From: Macrostomum lignano
Lineage: Eukaryota
Direction: 5' to 3'
Length of the DNA: 64,000 bases
Assembly: GCA_002269645.1 (NCBI GenBank)
Contig: NIVC01000948.1
Coordinates: forward strand, 110,708-174,707
This document shows, piece after piece, positions 1 to 11,735 of this stretch. The translations under genes were made by a program, and so were the position numbers. The notes below the pieces were generated by a model. The model had not been told where the DNA came from. It was given only the letters and a program-made list of their open reading frames with translations, and did no database searches. Every line of letters starts with the position of its first letter. The stretch's first letter is position 1.

Positions 1-310
1 CGCCTCTGGTGCTGGCGCCTCTGGTGCTGGCGCCTCTGGTGCTGGCGCCTCTGGTGCTGGCGCCTCTGGTGCTGGCGCCTCTGGTGCTGGCGCCTCTGGT
101 GCTGGCGCCTCTGGTGCTGGCGCCTCTGGTGCTGGCGCCTCTGGTGCTGGCGCCTCTGGTGCTGGCGCCTCTGGTGCTGGCGCCTCTGGTGCTGGCGCCT
201 CTGGTGCTGGCGCCTCTGGTGCTGGCGCCTCTGGTGCTGGCGCCTCTGGTGCTGGCGCCTCTGGTGCTGGCGCCTCTGGTGCTGGCGCCTCTGGTGCTGG
301 CGCCTCTGGT
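1..310. repeat. 15-bp tandem repeat (CGCCTCTGGTGCTGG)n
   Basis: Homogeneous 15-mer array from the window start; explains the LAPLV ORF; same unit recurs at 13884-14249. Confidence 0.97.
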
Positions 311-687
311 ACATCCAATAAAAAGCCTGTCTATACCCCTGAAGAGCCCTAAACCTTAAAGAATTCTTAATAAATTCATTCACCCTTGAGGCGCTCTCTG
401 TCTTGTCTGCTTTCTCTCGAACGGCGGGAATTTCAACTAACTTTTCTATGCTCTTTCGGACTCGTCTTTAACTAAGCGCTTTTCAACGCCACACTTTGCC
501 TTTCCCCATATGCGTACTTCAGCCTATTGCAAACCAGAGCCAATTGTCTGACTGGAGTGGACAGGCAGACAGACCCATAGGCAACTGAAAGCGCACAGAT
601 TCCACAGCATGCTCTTTAAAAGCGAGCCCTCAATGAGAGAAGGCGAGAGCATATGAAGAGACAGCAGCGTTAGAAGATTCATACCAA

Positions 688-3600
688 ATGCCGATAAGCT
701 GCGAGCAAAGGGTACGTTTCAAAATACCCGACGGCTTGGTCTGCCAGGTGATCAAATTCGTGTGGCTATGCATCCTGTTAGCGTCATCGAATGCCGCTGG
801 AGACGCGCCAGCAACCGCCGTCAAACTGGTGGACGGATTCAGCAGCAACGAGGGCACCGTTATGCTCCTGTTCAACTCTACTTGGGGCCCGGTCTGCGAC
901 GACGGATGGAATCTGGATGCCGCATCAGTGGCCTGCCGGCAGGCTGGCTTTGGACCGGCCATGACCTACACTACTGGGAACCGCTACCGTACCCGGCTCA
1001 GGGGTGAGTGGCTGGTCAAGGAGGCTCTGGCGGGTGACGATTGTGAAAAAATGTATGGTATTTATGTGAAACCGAGAGAGTGCTTATTATGGACACTACT
1101 GGGTTGATGGGGTGCTTGCTCGCTGCATGGGCCCTAGACTAATAGGGTGGTTCGCTGCATGGACCCTGGATTGATAGGGGTGGGTGCTGCATGGACCCTG
1201 GATTGATAGGGGTCGGTGCTGCATGGACCCTGGATTGATAGGGGTGGGTGCTGCATGGACCCTGGATTGATAGGGGTGGGTGCTGGATGGACCCTGGATT
1301 GATAGGGGTGGATGCTGGATGGACCCTGGATTGATAGGGGTGTGTACTGCATGTACCCTGGATTGATAAGGGTGGGTGCTGCATGGACCCTAGGTTGATA
1401 GGGGTGGGTGCTGCATGTACCCTGGATTGATAGGGGTGTGTGCTGCATGTACCCTGGATTGATAAGGGTGGGTGCTGCATGGACCCTAGGTTGATAGGGG
1501 TGGGTGCTGCATGTACCCTGGATTGATAGGGTGTGTGCTATCGATTTCTAGGAGTCAAACTACTATAGCATTAAAAAACGGTCCAACGCAGCCGATGTGA
1601 TGCACCTGGACGACGTCAGGTGCACTGGTACCGAGACTGCCCTCACTGACTGCCGCAGCCGGCCCCTTGGGCAGCACGATTGTCGGGCAAATTTTGAGGC
1701 AGCCGGTGCTCGCTGCTCGGTGCTGGGACCGTCGAGGACCCCGGCGCCTGATTGGAATCCCTTGCGACTTGAAGGGGCCAGCCGGGAGTGGCTTGCCAAC
1801 ATGTCTCGGGTGAGCATCAAACCGGGTGTCTTAAAAAATAACCTAAAGTGCTCAAGTTGAAAGAGTTCTCGAATTGAAAAAGAGCTCAGCGCTGAGATGA
1901 ATAGTCCTTAGAAATGTTGACAAGCCCCTCCCCCCGCAGTCAACTTTCCGCCTTCAAGGAGTGAGCTACGGTCACGGCAGCAGCCTTGCAGTCATCGCTG
2001 AAGTGTCCAACGGTCCAGCAGGTGCCGTTTGCGTCGACGATGTCACTCTCCGAGAGGCCAACGTCATCTGCCGACAGCTGGGCGCCGGTCAATACGGCAG
2101 GTTTCTGCACTCGGTGGGTTGGAATGTCAAACATTTGCGCTCTGTCTTAGCCATAAAAAGTGATCAACTTCAAAGTTCCGCTTTTTCAACAGTTCCAAAT
2201 TTCTGATCTCACGCTCGACGGTCTGACGAACTCGAGCCGACCGGTTCTGTTGCTGGGCAACTGCTTGGGAAATGAGACTCTGACACGACAGTGCGTTGTC
2301 TATGGAAGCAACCGGGGAGTGCCGTGCAAATCTTCGGCGCTAGCTTTGGGTGTCACCTGTACATCAGGTAACTGTTAGATGAGGTGAGGTGAGGTGAGGT
2401 GAGGTAAATTGAGGTGAGTTGAGGAAGGATGAGATGTGGTGAGGTGAGATGACGTGAGTTGAGGTGAGGTCGAATGAGACTTAATATCACTTAAAATCAT
2501 TCGCAGGCCAATAGTTCTGATAGGCTGAATCTTGATTCTCATCCTTTAGACCTACCGGATCTCGTGCCAGACACCCAGGCGCTTCAGACTTCTGTCTACC
2601 TGGCCAAGGTTCCCTTGTACTACATGGCCTGCGCTCTGGAGGAAAATTGCGCATCGCCGATGGCCTTCGAGTTGCAGAAAAATGACCCGCGTTAGTACAA
2701 TATGTTCTTTTAAAGATATGTTTAAAGTTTGCAAACGGATGAATCATACGGGGGTTGGAGAATCGAGGGTCCAGTACGGCAGCGAGTGAGGTGGCTGGGG
2801 AATCGAGGGTCCAGTATGACAGGGAGTGAGGTGGCTGGGGAATCGAGGGTCCAGTATGACAGGGAGTGAGGTGGCTGGGGAATCGAGGGTCCAGTATGAC
2901 AGGGAGTGAGGTGGCTGGGGAATCGAGGGTCCAGTATTACAGGGAGTGAGGTGGCTGGGGAATCGAGGGTCCAGTATGACAGGGAGTGAGGTGGCTGGGG
3001 AATCGAGGGTCCAGTATGACAGGGAGTGAGGTGGCTGGAGAATCAAAGGTCCAATAGGGCAGGGAGTGAGGTGGCTGGAGAATCAAAGGTCCAATAGGGC
3101 AGGGAGTGAGGTGGCTGGAGAATTAAAGGTCCAATAGGGCAGGGGTGGCTGGAGAATTAATGGTCCAGTAGGGCAGGGAGCGAGGTTACTGGATATTGGA
3201 GCGTTTTATTTGGATCTGAATTTTGGAGTGGGAGCTAAATTTACCATAATTATAAGAGCAAGCTCGTATTTTAACCCTTCAGACTGGCCATTTGCCAACC
3301 GCAATCTGCTGAAGTTCTCCAGCATTGTGGCGAACGAGGGCACGCGGGATTTTCTTCCCCTGCGGGACACTGGCACCTGGGAGTGGCACCTTTGCCACAT
3401 GCACTACCACAGTATGGAATACTTTGCTCACTACGAGGTCTATACAAGGTAATCACGCTAGATATTATTGCGAGTGTGATTTATGTAGAATTTGTGTAGA
3501 ATTATGTAGAAAGACTATGGATAAGGACTGTGGATAAAGGCTATAGATAGACAATGGATAAAGACTATGGATAAAGACTATGTAAAAATACTATGGTAAA

Positions 3601-4421
3601 GGCACTGGATAAATACTAAACTCCATCGCGGCCCCTCAGACACAATAGAACCCACCAGACCTTCGCCAGCGGTCACAAGGCCAGCTTCTGCCTGGAGGAC
3701 AATGCCTGTCGTGATGGATCGCAACCCAGATTCCACTGCAGCCAAGACCCAACAGAGAGAGGAACGCAGGGAATCTCGCCTGGCTGCAAGGACATCTACC
3801 TGCACGATCTGGACTGTCAGTGGGTCGACGTCACCGAGCTGCCCTACGGCCGATACGCATTCCGAGTGGGTTGTTGGTAGTGCTCACAATGGTCACAGTG
3901 CTCACAATGGTCACAGTGCCCACAATGGTCACAGTGCTCACAATGGTCACAGTGCTCACAATGGCCACAGTGCTCACAATGGCCACAGTGCCCACAATGG
4001 TCACAGTGCTCACAATGGTCACCGTGCCCACAATGGTCACAGTGCTCACAGTAATCACATTGTTTACAATTGTCACAATTACAAAAGTGCGAAATTTTCA
4101 GAGTGGTTGCAGTCATCAACATGGTCGTCATGACTATAGTGGTCATGCTGGTCATATAGAATATGAATTAGTCATAGTGGTCATTGTGTGCATGGTTAGT
4201 AGTCATAGCGCTGGTCTGTGATGTGTTAACAGTAAAAGTACTCAATTCTGACCAACCTCTATGATCCTGATTTCCGTCTCGCATTTCAGCTGGTGGTCAA
4301 TCCCGAATACCTGGTTGCTGAGGCGAGTTACTCAAATAACGCAATCATATGCGATCTGTACTACTCAGTGAATCACGTGTCTCTGAGCGGCTGCAGACTG
4401 ACGCACCCCTTCGAGTACTGA
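688..4421 (+). CDS. LOXL: Lysyl oxidase-like protein: signal peptide, 2 SRCR domains, LOX catalytic domain (8 exons)
   Basis: Exons ~688-1003, 1552-1809, 1940-2113, 2193-2367, 2550-2690, 3283-3448, 3640-3865, 4290-4421 with GT-AG ends; phases match except junction 1. SRCR motifs [28 protein letters not shown] motifs LPDLVPD, CALEENC, Cu site [14 protein letters not shown] Lys in [10 protein letters not shown] and LTQ Tyr in [21 protein letters not shown] at 4538. Confidence 0.93.
1125..1538. repeat. 32-bp minisatellite in LOXL intron 1
   Basis: Unit ctgcatggaccctggattgataggggtgggtg. Confidence 0.92.
2745..3185. repeat. 40-bp minisatellite in LOXL intron 5
   Basis: Unit gagggtccagtatgacagggagtgaggtggctggggaatc. 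Confidence 0.92.
3878..4210. repeat. 18-bp minisatellite in LOXL intron 7, degenerating 3'
   Basis: Unit agtgctcacaatggtcac. Confidence 0.88.
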
Positions 4422-5301
4422 CGGATAAAGAGCATCTATATGGGAATACTTATTGTATCTCAGCCAGGGCTGTCCGCAAGCCACAATCAAAAGAAGAATG
4501 CGTATTGCCTTGACGCTGCTGTGACTTTCAAATGGCAAATAAACAAATAAATTGGTGTATTTTCATACTAGTTTTCGTGTTCTTACGAACCTATTCATTG
4601 AGAACTTTCTATTTTAAACCAACTGAAACGATTGCCCCCCCTTAGGCTGGAATGCCCCGTGGCCAATCACGGTCGAGGGGATGAGTGCTCGGGTGGCGCC
4701 TAAATAGGAAGGATGCTTGATCGAGACCGAGAGAAAGTGTCTCGCAGGCATTAAAAAATCCAGACGGTTCAGAGCAGTACTGCTTGACAAATGGATCTCG
4801 TGACTGGGGTGAGTTGCAAAATTAAAACAAAGGAGATCGATTTGCATGGGGGATTTTGGTAGCTGCTTTTGCTGTTGATTGAAGGCTCATCGATCCGTAC
4901 TCATACGAGCCGTAGATACTGCAACACCAGCACCGTGTTTATTTTTAGCTTTGAGAAATCCTTCCTTTCGTTCTTTGTCTACGTTATAATTGGAGTCGAA
5001 CCGTACCCTTACTTTGTGTCTGCTCAGTTGCAGACAGGAAGCTTCCTCAAGCCAGTTAGTCATTTTCCGCTCTTGTGTAATAAATATTAAATTAGCTTCA
5101 ACATTCAAACGAGTGATGAAGCCGGCCACTCCGTCCCTCTTCCCACTGTTCTCATCTCTCCCTGTCATGTCGTTAAGTCGAACTTTAATAATGTTTACAG
5201 CTAATGCCTGTGACTGGGTCTGGGCCCAACTGCACAGAATTCGTAATTTGATTGATCTTTGACCCGCTGACCTACTACTCCCGCTGAACCGGCATCTACC
5301 G

Positions 5302-8300
5302 ATGAGCTTTGCTACTCTGCCCGCCTCTGTTGAACCCAAAATATGAATTGCAGAACTTTTTCTACGCGAACGACACGAGCAGCCTGCCAGCCTATCCGAC
5401 GCTCGACCACCCGGGAGCCGTCAAGTCCGCCATCCTGATGCTCATCTTCACATTCTCCCTGGCCAGCAACCTGCGCGCACTCCGCCAGGCCGGCTCGCCG
5501 GCCCCGGGGACGCCTGACACCAGCCTCCGCCTGCTGCTGCTGAACCTCATCGTGGCCGACCTGATGGTCACAGGCTTCTGTCAGTTTGGTAGCGCGGCCT
5601 GGATGCTCAGCGTGGAGTTCCACGGCGGCAACGCGCTGTGCCGGCTGTTCAAGTTCAGCCAGGCGGCTTCGCTCAACTGCAGCACCTACATCACGCTGGT
5701 AATTGCTGTCAGCCGGGCCGGCGGGCTCCTCCTGCCATGGCGCTGGCAGCGACGCCGACGCCGACGCCGTCTAGGAGGTCTCCTCGTCGCGGCGTGGACC
5801 GCCGGATTGGCTGTCAGCGTGCCTCAGGTAGGATATCGTCCAATTTGTTTGGCATTATCGACTGTCTAGTAACGTCACGTACTTTGAAATACGTCATCGA
5901 TCGTGTTGGATGACGTCATAGGTCGTCGGTCGTCTCGGATTAAGGCATGGCGCAAAATTTTATGTGTGACTAATAGCTTTTTTGGCATCATCAAACGTTA
6001 AATGACGTCATTGACCACTTATTTTTGACATCTCTGAAAATTATGATACTTCATTGACTTTGCATACCAACTACGAATTTTACTATTCAATCGTTCAAGG
6101 TGCTTGGAGACAGGCGTAATTTGTCATTTGACATGAGACTTATGCTAAAAAACCTAAACCCTGTAGCTGTTCCTATTTGGCGTTGCTCGGGGTCCCTGGT
6201 CGCGGAGCTTCCACCAGTGCGTCTCCATTGAGTTGCGCCCGATGCCGCCACCCATAGCGGACCACGCGGACCAAATCGTGCTGGGCTGCATGCTGTTCAA
6301 CCTGACCAGCCAGTTCCTACTGCCGGCCACCTGCATGTCCGTCTGCTACGCGCTCATTCTCATCCGCATCGTCAAGCACTCCAGGCAGCTGGGTAAGTCT
6401 CCATCACCCATGTACTGAGCCAAAGAGTTCTTGAAAGGGAATGCAGAGCATTATACCCTTAAATTCCATAGATTCTGACTGTAGACGAGTCTGACTGCAG
6501 TTCTCAGTTCACGCACTGTGCTCACAAATTAGTCAGTGCTTATTTCACGAATTTTAACATTATCATAGCTCACGTGTCGTCGAACAAAGTGAAATTGATG
6601 CAACAGGTGGCGCAACAGAGGTCGGTACGATCTTGAAGGCGGCGAGCAACACGGAGCAGGCCGTTTTGTTTTTCTGAAATCAATCACATGACTAGATAGA
6701 TAGGGACAACTAATTTTTAGTATAGTGGATGTCACAATCGATGACGTCTTTCAAAGTTATGACGCAGTTGATAGTGCCAAACAAACTATACGATGTCTTA
6801 CCTGAGGCACGCTGACAGCAAATCCGGCGGTTTACGCCGCGACGTGGAGAAACTTGCCTATCTGCTTTGTGAGAAACTGAGAAACTGCAGTCAGCCTCAT
6901 CATGTTCGAGGCCTGACTGGAAAGTGATAACAAATGTCATCAATATTCAACTGCTTGAAAGCTTGGGTGCCTGGAGGAAAAGAAACGGAGGCTCAATTGT
7001 TTGCAAAAAAAAGTAATTTCCTCTCGACTGAGACAACCCTTCGAAGTGAAATAGAAAAAAATCTGAAAATAAACATATCAGCAGCAGAAGCCCCCCCCCC
7101 CCTCCCAGCAATGAATTCCCTTTTAATCCCGGACGTTCAGTGCACTCCAATTTATTTTCAATCTGCCGTTGTAGCAGAGGTTGTAAGTCGAGAACTCGCG
7201 GAAAGTCAGCCAAAATAAGTTTTTTTCCGAGTGGATTCCTTCTTTCTTCTGTGTGCCATTTCTCTGAAAGGAACGGATTATGCAAGTCCGAGCAGAGGTT
7301 CTGGCTATCGTATGAGTTACAATTGTGAGGTTTGCGTGTGAGGTTGGACCTTCGTGCTTGTGTTTGTTATTTTATTCCTTTATTTGGTCATGTGCTCTCT
7401 TAACGTGTGGCTCTGTATATTTTAACCTCTGCCCGTCGGGGGTGAGTCGTTTTTATTCTAATCGTTATTCTAAATAATTACTGCACTTAATGAGAAAGAG
7501 ATTGTTGCGCTGGCTGAAAAAGATAATTTTAATTTGGGGTTGCTTGATATCTGGGGGGGGGGGGGGGCTATCTGGAGGATATTTGCTATCGTGGTATGCT
7601 TGCTCTCGGGGGGGGGGGGTGCTTGCTACCTGATGGGGGCAATGCTTACTATTAAGTGTTTGCTATCGGGGAGGGGAGAGGAGGTACTTGCTATCTAGAG
7701 TTGCTTGCTATATGGGGGTTGCTTGCTGTCTTTGCGAAGGCTTTATTTTTTTGTCCCTCTGTTACTTTTTGAAAAAAGGGATTCATGGTCTGTGACAAGT
7801 TTACTCGAATAAACTGAAAAAGGAATTGGTTCTTAAGAAAATGTGCTTTTTAATGAATTTGGATGAATATTTTTTGCTCCTTGCTTATTGCAAGGGGGGC
7901 ACTAGATTGCTAGTCGTTATTCTATTGCTGAAAATTCATAAATTTAATGCCATATCTATCATCAATGCCAAATATACTTCGTTTACTTTGTCCTTCATTC
8001 TCCGGCTCCACAGTGGTGGCAGCGAGAACCCAATGCTAGTGCACTAATGGCCCAGAACGCACTTTTTAGTGGCACGGACGGCACTGACGTGAGAATATGA
8101 GTATTGAAGTATCTTCGAAGAATGATGCGAAATGAGACGACGAGACTTCAGCGTCGAAATTGAAGTTTCTGCTTACTGGAGAGGCCCAGCTGGTCGTCTG
8201 AGACCTGGACGAGACAAGAAGAGCTTCAAGAGCATCAAAGAGGACCTCACAAAGTTTTATGGAGGCGAATCCGACAGCTTCAAGTCTATAAGTGACTTCT

Positions 8301-11300
8301 ATTTGAGAAAGCCTGTAGACACCGAGACTCTTCGTGAGCTCTGTTTCAACCTTAAGCTGCTTCATCAGAAGGTGAGACCGAAGGATTCTGTAAATAAGCG
8401 AGACCGAGACGTGCGCTTTCAGCTTGCGTAGCTACTCAAGACTGACATCCGTGATGTCCTACTCAAGGCAGAGGACGCAGAGACCTGCAGCTTAGGAGAC
8501 TCTGCTGCAGCGGGCGTCTCGGCTCGAGGAGCTGTCGAGGCGACAGTCGGTTGCGGCAGTCGGTGCCATCAGCGCTACTTCAGCAGACAGACCGTCCGAA
8601 GATCGCTTCGACCGACTCAAGAGGCGCATGGAGGAACTCATCACAAGGGTCAGTGTGCAGCCAGGGACAGACACTAGACATCCCCGCCCGGATCGAGGAG
8701 GCGCCTGCTTCAACTGCGGCCAACTCGGACACCGCGCAGCTCAATGTCAGCAGCGTCAGAAACAGCCGGACCCGATCATCTGCAACAAGTGCTCGGGGCG
8801 AAGGCACAAGGCCTCTGTCTGCCTATCCAAGGCTGAAACTTTTAAAGGTTGGTGCAATGGGTGCGGGACCTACACTAACCCCCAGGAGCAATATCGTGCT
8901 TCACCTGATTTTTATCCCAGGAGAGGCAAATAGCAAGCCAGGTGGCTGCTGGACACTGGAGCGCAGACCTCGCTGATCAGCCAGCAACTCGACTAGCAAC
9001 CTGATGATCGTCAGAAAGAAAATAACGACATCCGTGAAGGACGTCCATCCGCTGCCGCATTTGCATCAGGGTTTCGATCCCTTGGCTGGCTGCTCTTGGT
9101 TCTCCACGAATGCGCCAAGGCTTCCTTCAAGTGGAGATCAGAGAGGAGGATCGGCCGTTGATGGCGTTCTACACACCGAGTGGCCTGATGCAATTCTAAA
9201 AATGGGCTTCGGTATGTGAATGATGGAGCTCATCATGACCGGCCTGAGCTGGGAAGAAGTCATTGCGTACATGATGATCTGATCATTTTCAATAAGGATT
9301 TTGAAAGCTACATTGAGTCAGCTCTGTGCACAGTTCCACAGGCGAGTCGCCATACAAGGTACTGCGAGGCTTGAAGCCCAGACTGCCGGTCGATTTAGCG
9401 CGTTTGGTGAGCGAGGAGCGAGACCAGCGCGACCTGTCGCAGGACTGAGCGTATCTGCAGCGAGAATCCGGGTGGGTCTTCCAGATGGTGTGAGTGCTCT
9501 ACTAGCACGCTGCTCAGTTACAGCACGAGTTTCACAACCAAGGAGCTGAAACGATCGAGTTCAAGATCGGCGACCGATAGTGATGCTGACGCACCAGGCG
9601 ATGAAGTGCGGACAGTGCAAGACGCTTTCGAACCGATGGTCCAGAAGGTCGGCCCAGTGAACTACCGGCTGCAAGCTGTGAACGGCAGGCATCGACTGCT
9701 GGCCCACAATAGCCGGATGAAGCCGTTTATCGACCGGCAAGGGCCGATCGGCGGGCCGACAACCGAGACAGAACCTGTCGGGGAACTACAAAGCGACGCG
9801 GGCACCGCAGTCCAGTCAGTGGGGCCGGACGCCTGGGAGCAGCTGCGCGATCCCGTCGCGATCGAACCGGACTGTTTGCTGAGGGTCGTCTTGACTGAAT
9901 TTTTTCTTGCTTCTAGACTTAAGAAAACTCATTCCGAATCTTTTTTGTTGCTTTTTTCTTTTTTCCCTTGTCCTTTTCTTGGGGAAGAGTAGTCTGAGGT
10001 TTACGTGTGAATATTGTGTTCATGCTCGTGTTTGTTACAAGACCACTAGAAGTTACCCTTCGAACTCGGCGTTATGTCGACTGTCTGCTGGCTGACGCCG
10101 GCGCCCCGGACACTGCCGGTGGCGCGGCCTTTGTTCGCGCCCAAGCCATGAAGCGCGCCCTGTGACGCTGACTTTTGCCATCCTGACAGGGTATTTTGTT
10201 GTTGTTGTTTCTGTTTCTTGGTTTGTTATTTTATTCCTTTATTTGGTCACGTGCTCTTTGTACGAGTGGCTCTGTGCATTTTAACCTCTGCCAACTATCG
10301 ATAATTATTGCCAAATGTATTTCGTTTACTTTGACCTTCATTCTCAGGTCCTACACAATCTTAGCCGTGACCTTTCTGTGTACTTCAGTAAAAAAAGCTG
10401 CGTGATGGATTCACCAGAGAAAAAGAGAGCGGACAAGCAGCACTGGAAAAACCACTAATTTTCCGAGTCAGCACCCAGATCTTAAGTTGCTGGACCAGCC
10501 TCCCAGATCCTCAGTTGCTGGACCAGCCTCCCAGATCCTCAGTTGCTGGACCAGCCTCCCAGATCCTCAGTTGCTGGACCAGCCTCCCAGATCCTCAGTT
10601 GCTGGACCGGCCTCCCAGATCCTCAGTTGCTGGACCAGCCTCCCAGATCCTCAGTTGCTGGACCAGCCTCCCAGATCCTCAGTTGCTGGACCAGCCTCCC
10701 AGATCCCCAGTTGCTGGGTCAGCCTCCCAGATTTTCAGTTGCTGGGCCAGGCTCCCAGATCCTCAGCCTCCCAGATCTTCAGTTGCTGGGCCTGGCTCCC
10801 AGATCCTCAGCCTCCCAGATCTTCAGTTGCTGAGCCAGGCTCCCAGATCCTCAGCCTCCCAGATCTTCAGTTGCTGGGCCTGGCTCCCAGATCCTTAGTT
10901 GCTGGGCCAGCCTCCTAGGTCCTCAGTTGCTGGACCAGTCTCCTGGTATTTTTATACTTTCTCCATTTTTTGATTTTTTATGCTGGATGCATTACTTGTA
11001 CTTAAACATGAGGTTTTCAGCCTTTCTATTTCTTATTACTATACTGACAATATCTCATATTCTGAGCTTTCGAATCGAAAGCGAAGCCAGCGCGCACTCT
11101 GTTCCAGGTTGATTCACCAGATTGTCCAGCTAATTTTCTAAACCCGCAACCGAAAAACAGTAAAAAAACTAATTTTTCAAGACTAAAATCCATTTTTTTG
11201 CTTTTGTGTCTTTTCTAGAATGATTCTTCTGAGTAAAAGATTCTTTGTGAACCTCCCCGCAGACTCAGCCGTCGAGGTCGCTGGAAGGTCGTCTCAGCCG

Positions 11301-11735
11301 GGGGGCGCCGGGGCCAGCGACCCAGGCCAGACGCTCTGCCACTGCGCCCCCAGCCGCATGGCTCAGCAACGCTCGCTGCTGGCCCGCGCCCGGGTGTCAG
11401 CCAGCCGAATGTTCTCAACCATCGTGCTGGCGTTCGTCCTGCTGTGGCTGCCCTACTGGATTCTGTACGCCACCGCCTGCGCCAACCGGCTGAGCGGCGG
11501 GCAGCACGAGGCGGCCATGGATTTCATGTCGCACGGCATGTTCTTCTTCGGCATGTGCGTCAGCGCCATCAACCCCGTCATCTACGGCGCCTACAGCAGG
11601 CGCGATGAAAGCAATCATTGGCAGTGGGCTCGTCGGGACCCTCGAAATCCACAGGAGCCCCAAATTCCTCTGGAGCCCCAGATGTTTCGCGAGCTTCAGG
11701 AACCTCAGGAGCCACATGAGCTTTTGGAGTCCTAA
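5302..11735 (+). CDS. Class A GPCR, GnRH/AKH/corazonin receptor-like (3 exons; start unresolved)
   Basis: Exon 1 to 5827 (NLIVADL, GGNALCRLFKF, ends SVPQ), exon 2 6167-6392 (LFLFGVARGPWSRSFHQCV), exon 3 11263-11735 (ARARVSASRM, LWLPYW, NPVIYGAY). Phases 0 and 1 match. The PQ exon-1 end and FxQCV are typical of GnRHR-family genes. No in-frame ATG precedes TM1. Confidence 0.82.
6738..6850 (-). repeat. Inverted partial duplication of GPCR exon 1 3' end plus donor (copy of 5779-5901)
   Basis: Reverse complement reads tctccacgtcgcggcgtaaaccgccggatttgctgtcagcgtgcctcag|gtaagacatcg...actttgaaagacgtcatcgat, matching 5779-5901 with scattered substitutions. Confidence 0.9.
7324..10355 (+). mobile_element. 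Internally deleted, degenerate Ty3/Gypsy LTR retrotransposon in GPCR intron 2
   Basis: 5' LTR 7324-8012 (TG...CA) and 3' LTR 9993-10355. TSD CAAT at 7320-7323 and 10356-10359. PBS TGGTGGCAGCG at 8014-8024 (complementary to the tRNA-Leu 3' end). PPT GGGGAAGAGTAG at 9981-9992. Gag with CCHC knuckle (CFNCGQLGHRAAQC, ~8700), broken RT (KDVHPLP, AGCSWFST, YxDDLII with frameshift) and integrase-tail remnant (KVGPVNYRL). Confidence 0.9.
10038..10220 (+). mobile_element. 5'-truncated RTE-like LINE 3' end inserted in the Gypsy 3' LTR
   Basis: Absent from the 5' LTR; flanked by GTTTGTTA (10030-10037 and 10221-10228); similar to 22250-22380 (ctcggcgtt..gtcgactg..tgctggctgacgcc..gcgccccgga..gcgcgccct.tgacgct); (TTG)n tail. 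Confidence 0.8.
10484..10930 (+). repeat. 28-bp minisatellite (cagttgctggaccagcctcccagatcct)
   Basis: Direct reading; degenerates towards the 3' end. Confidence 0.95.

Noticed and set aside
9001-9020. CTGATGA-N6-GAAA hammerhead-like core (also on the minus strand near 8345-8370)
   Set aside because: No stems I/III or cleavage triplet can be formed; both lie in Gypsy coding remnants.
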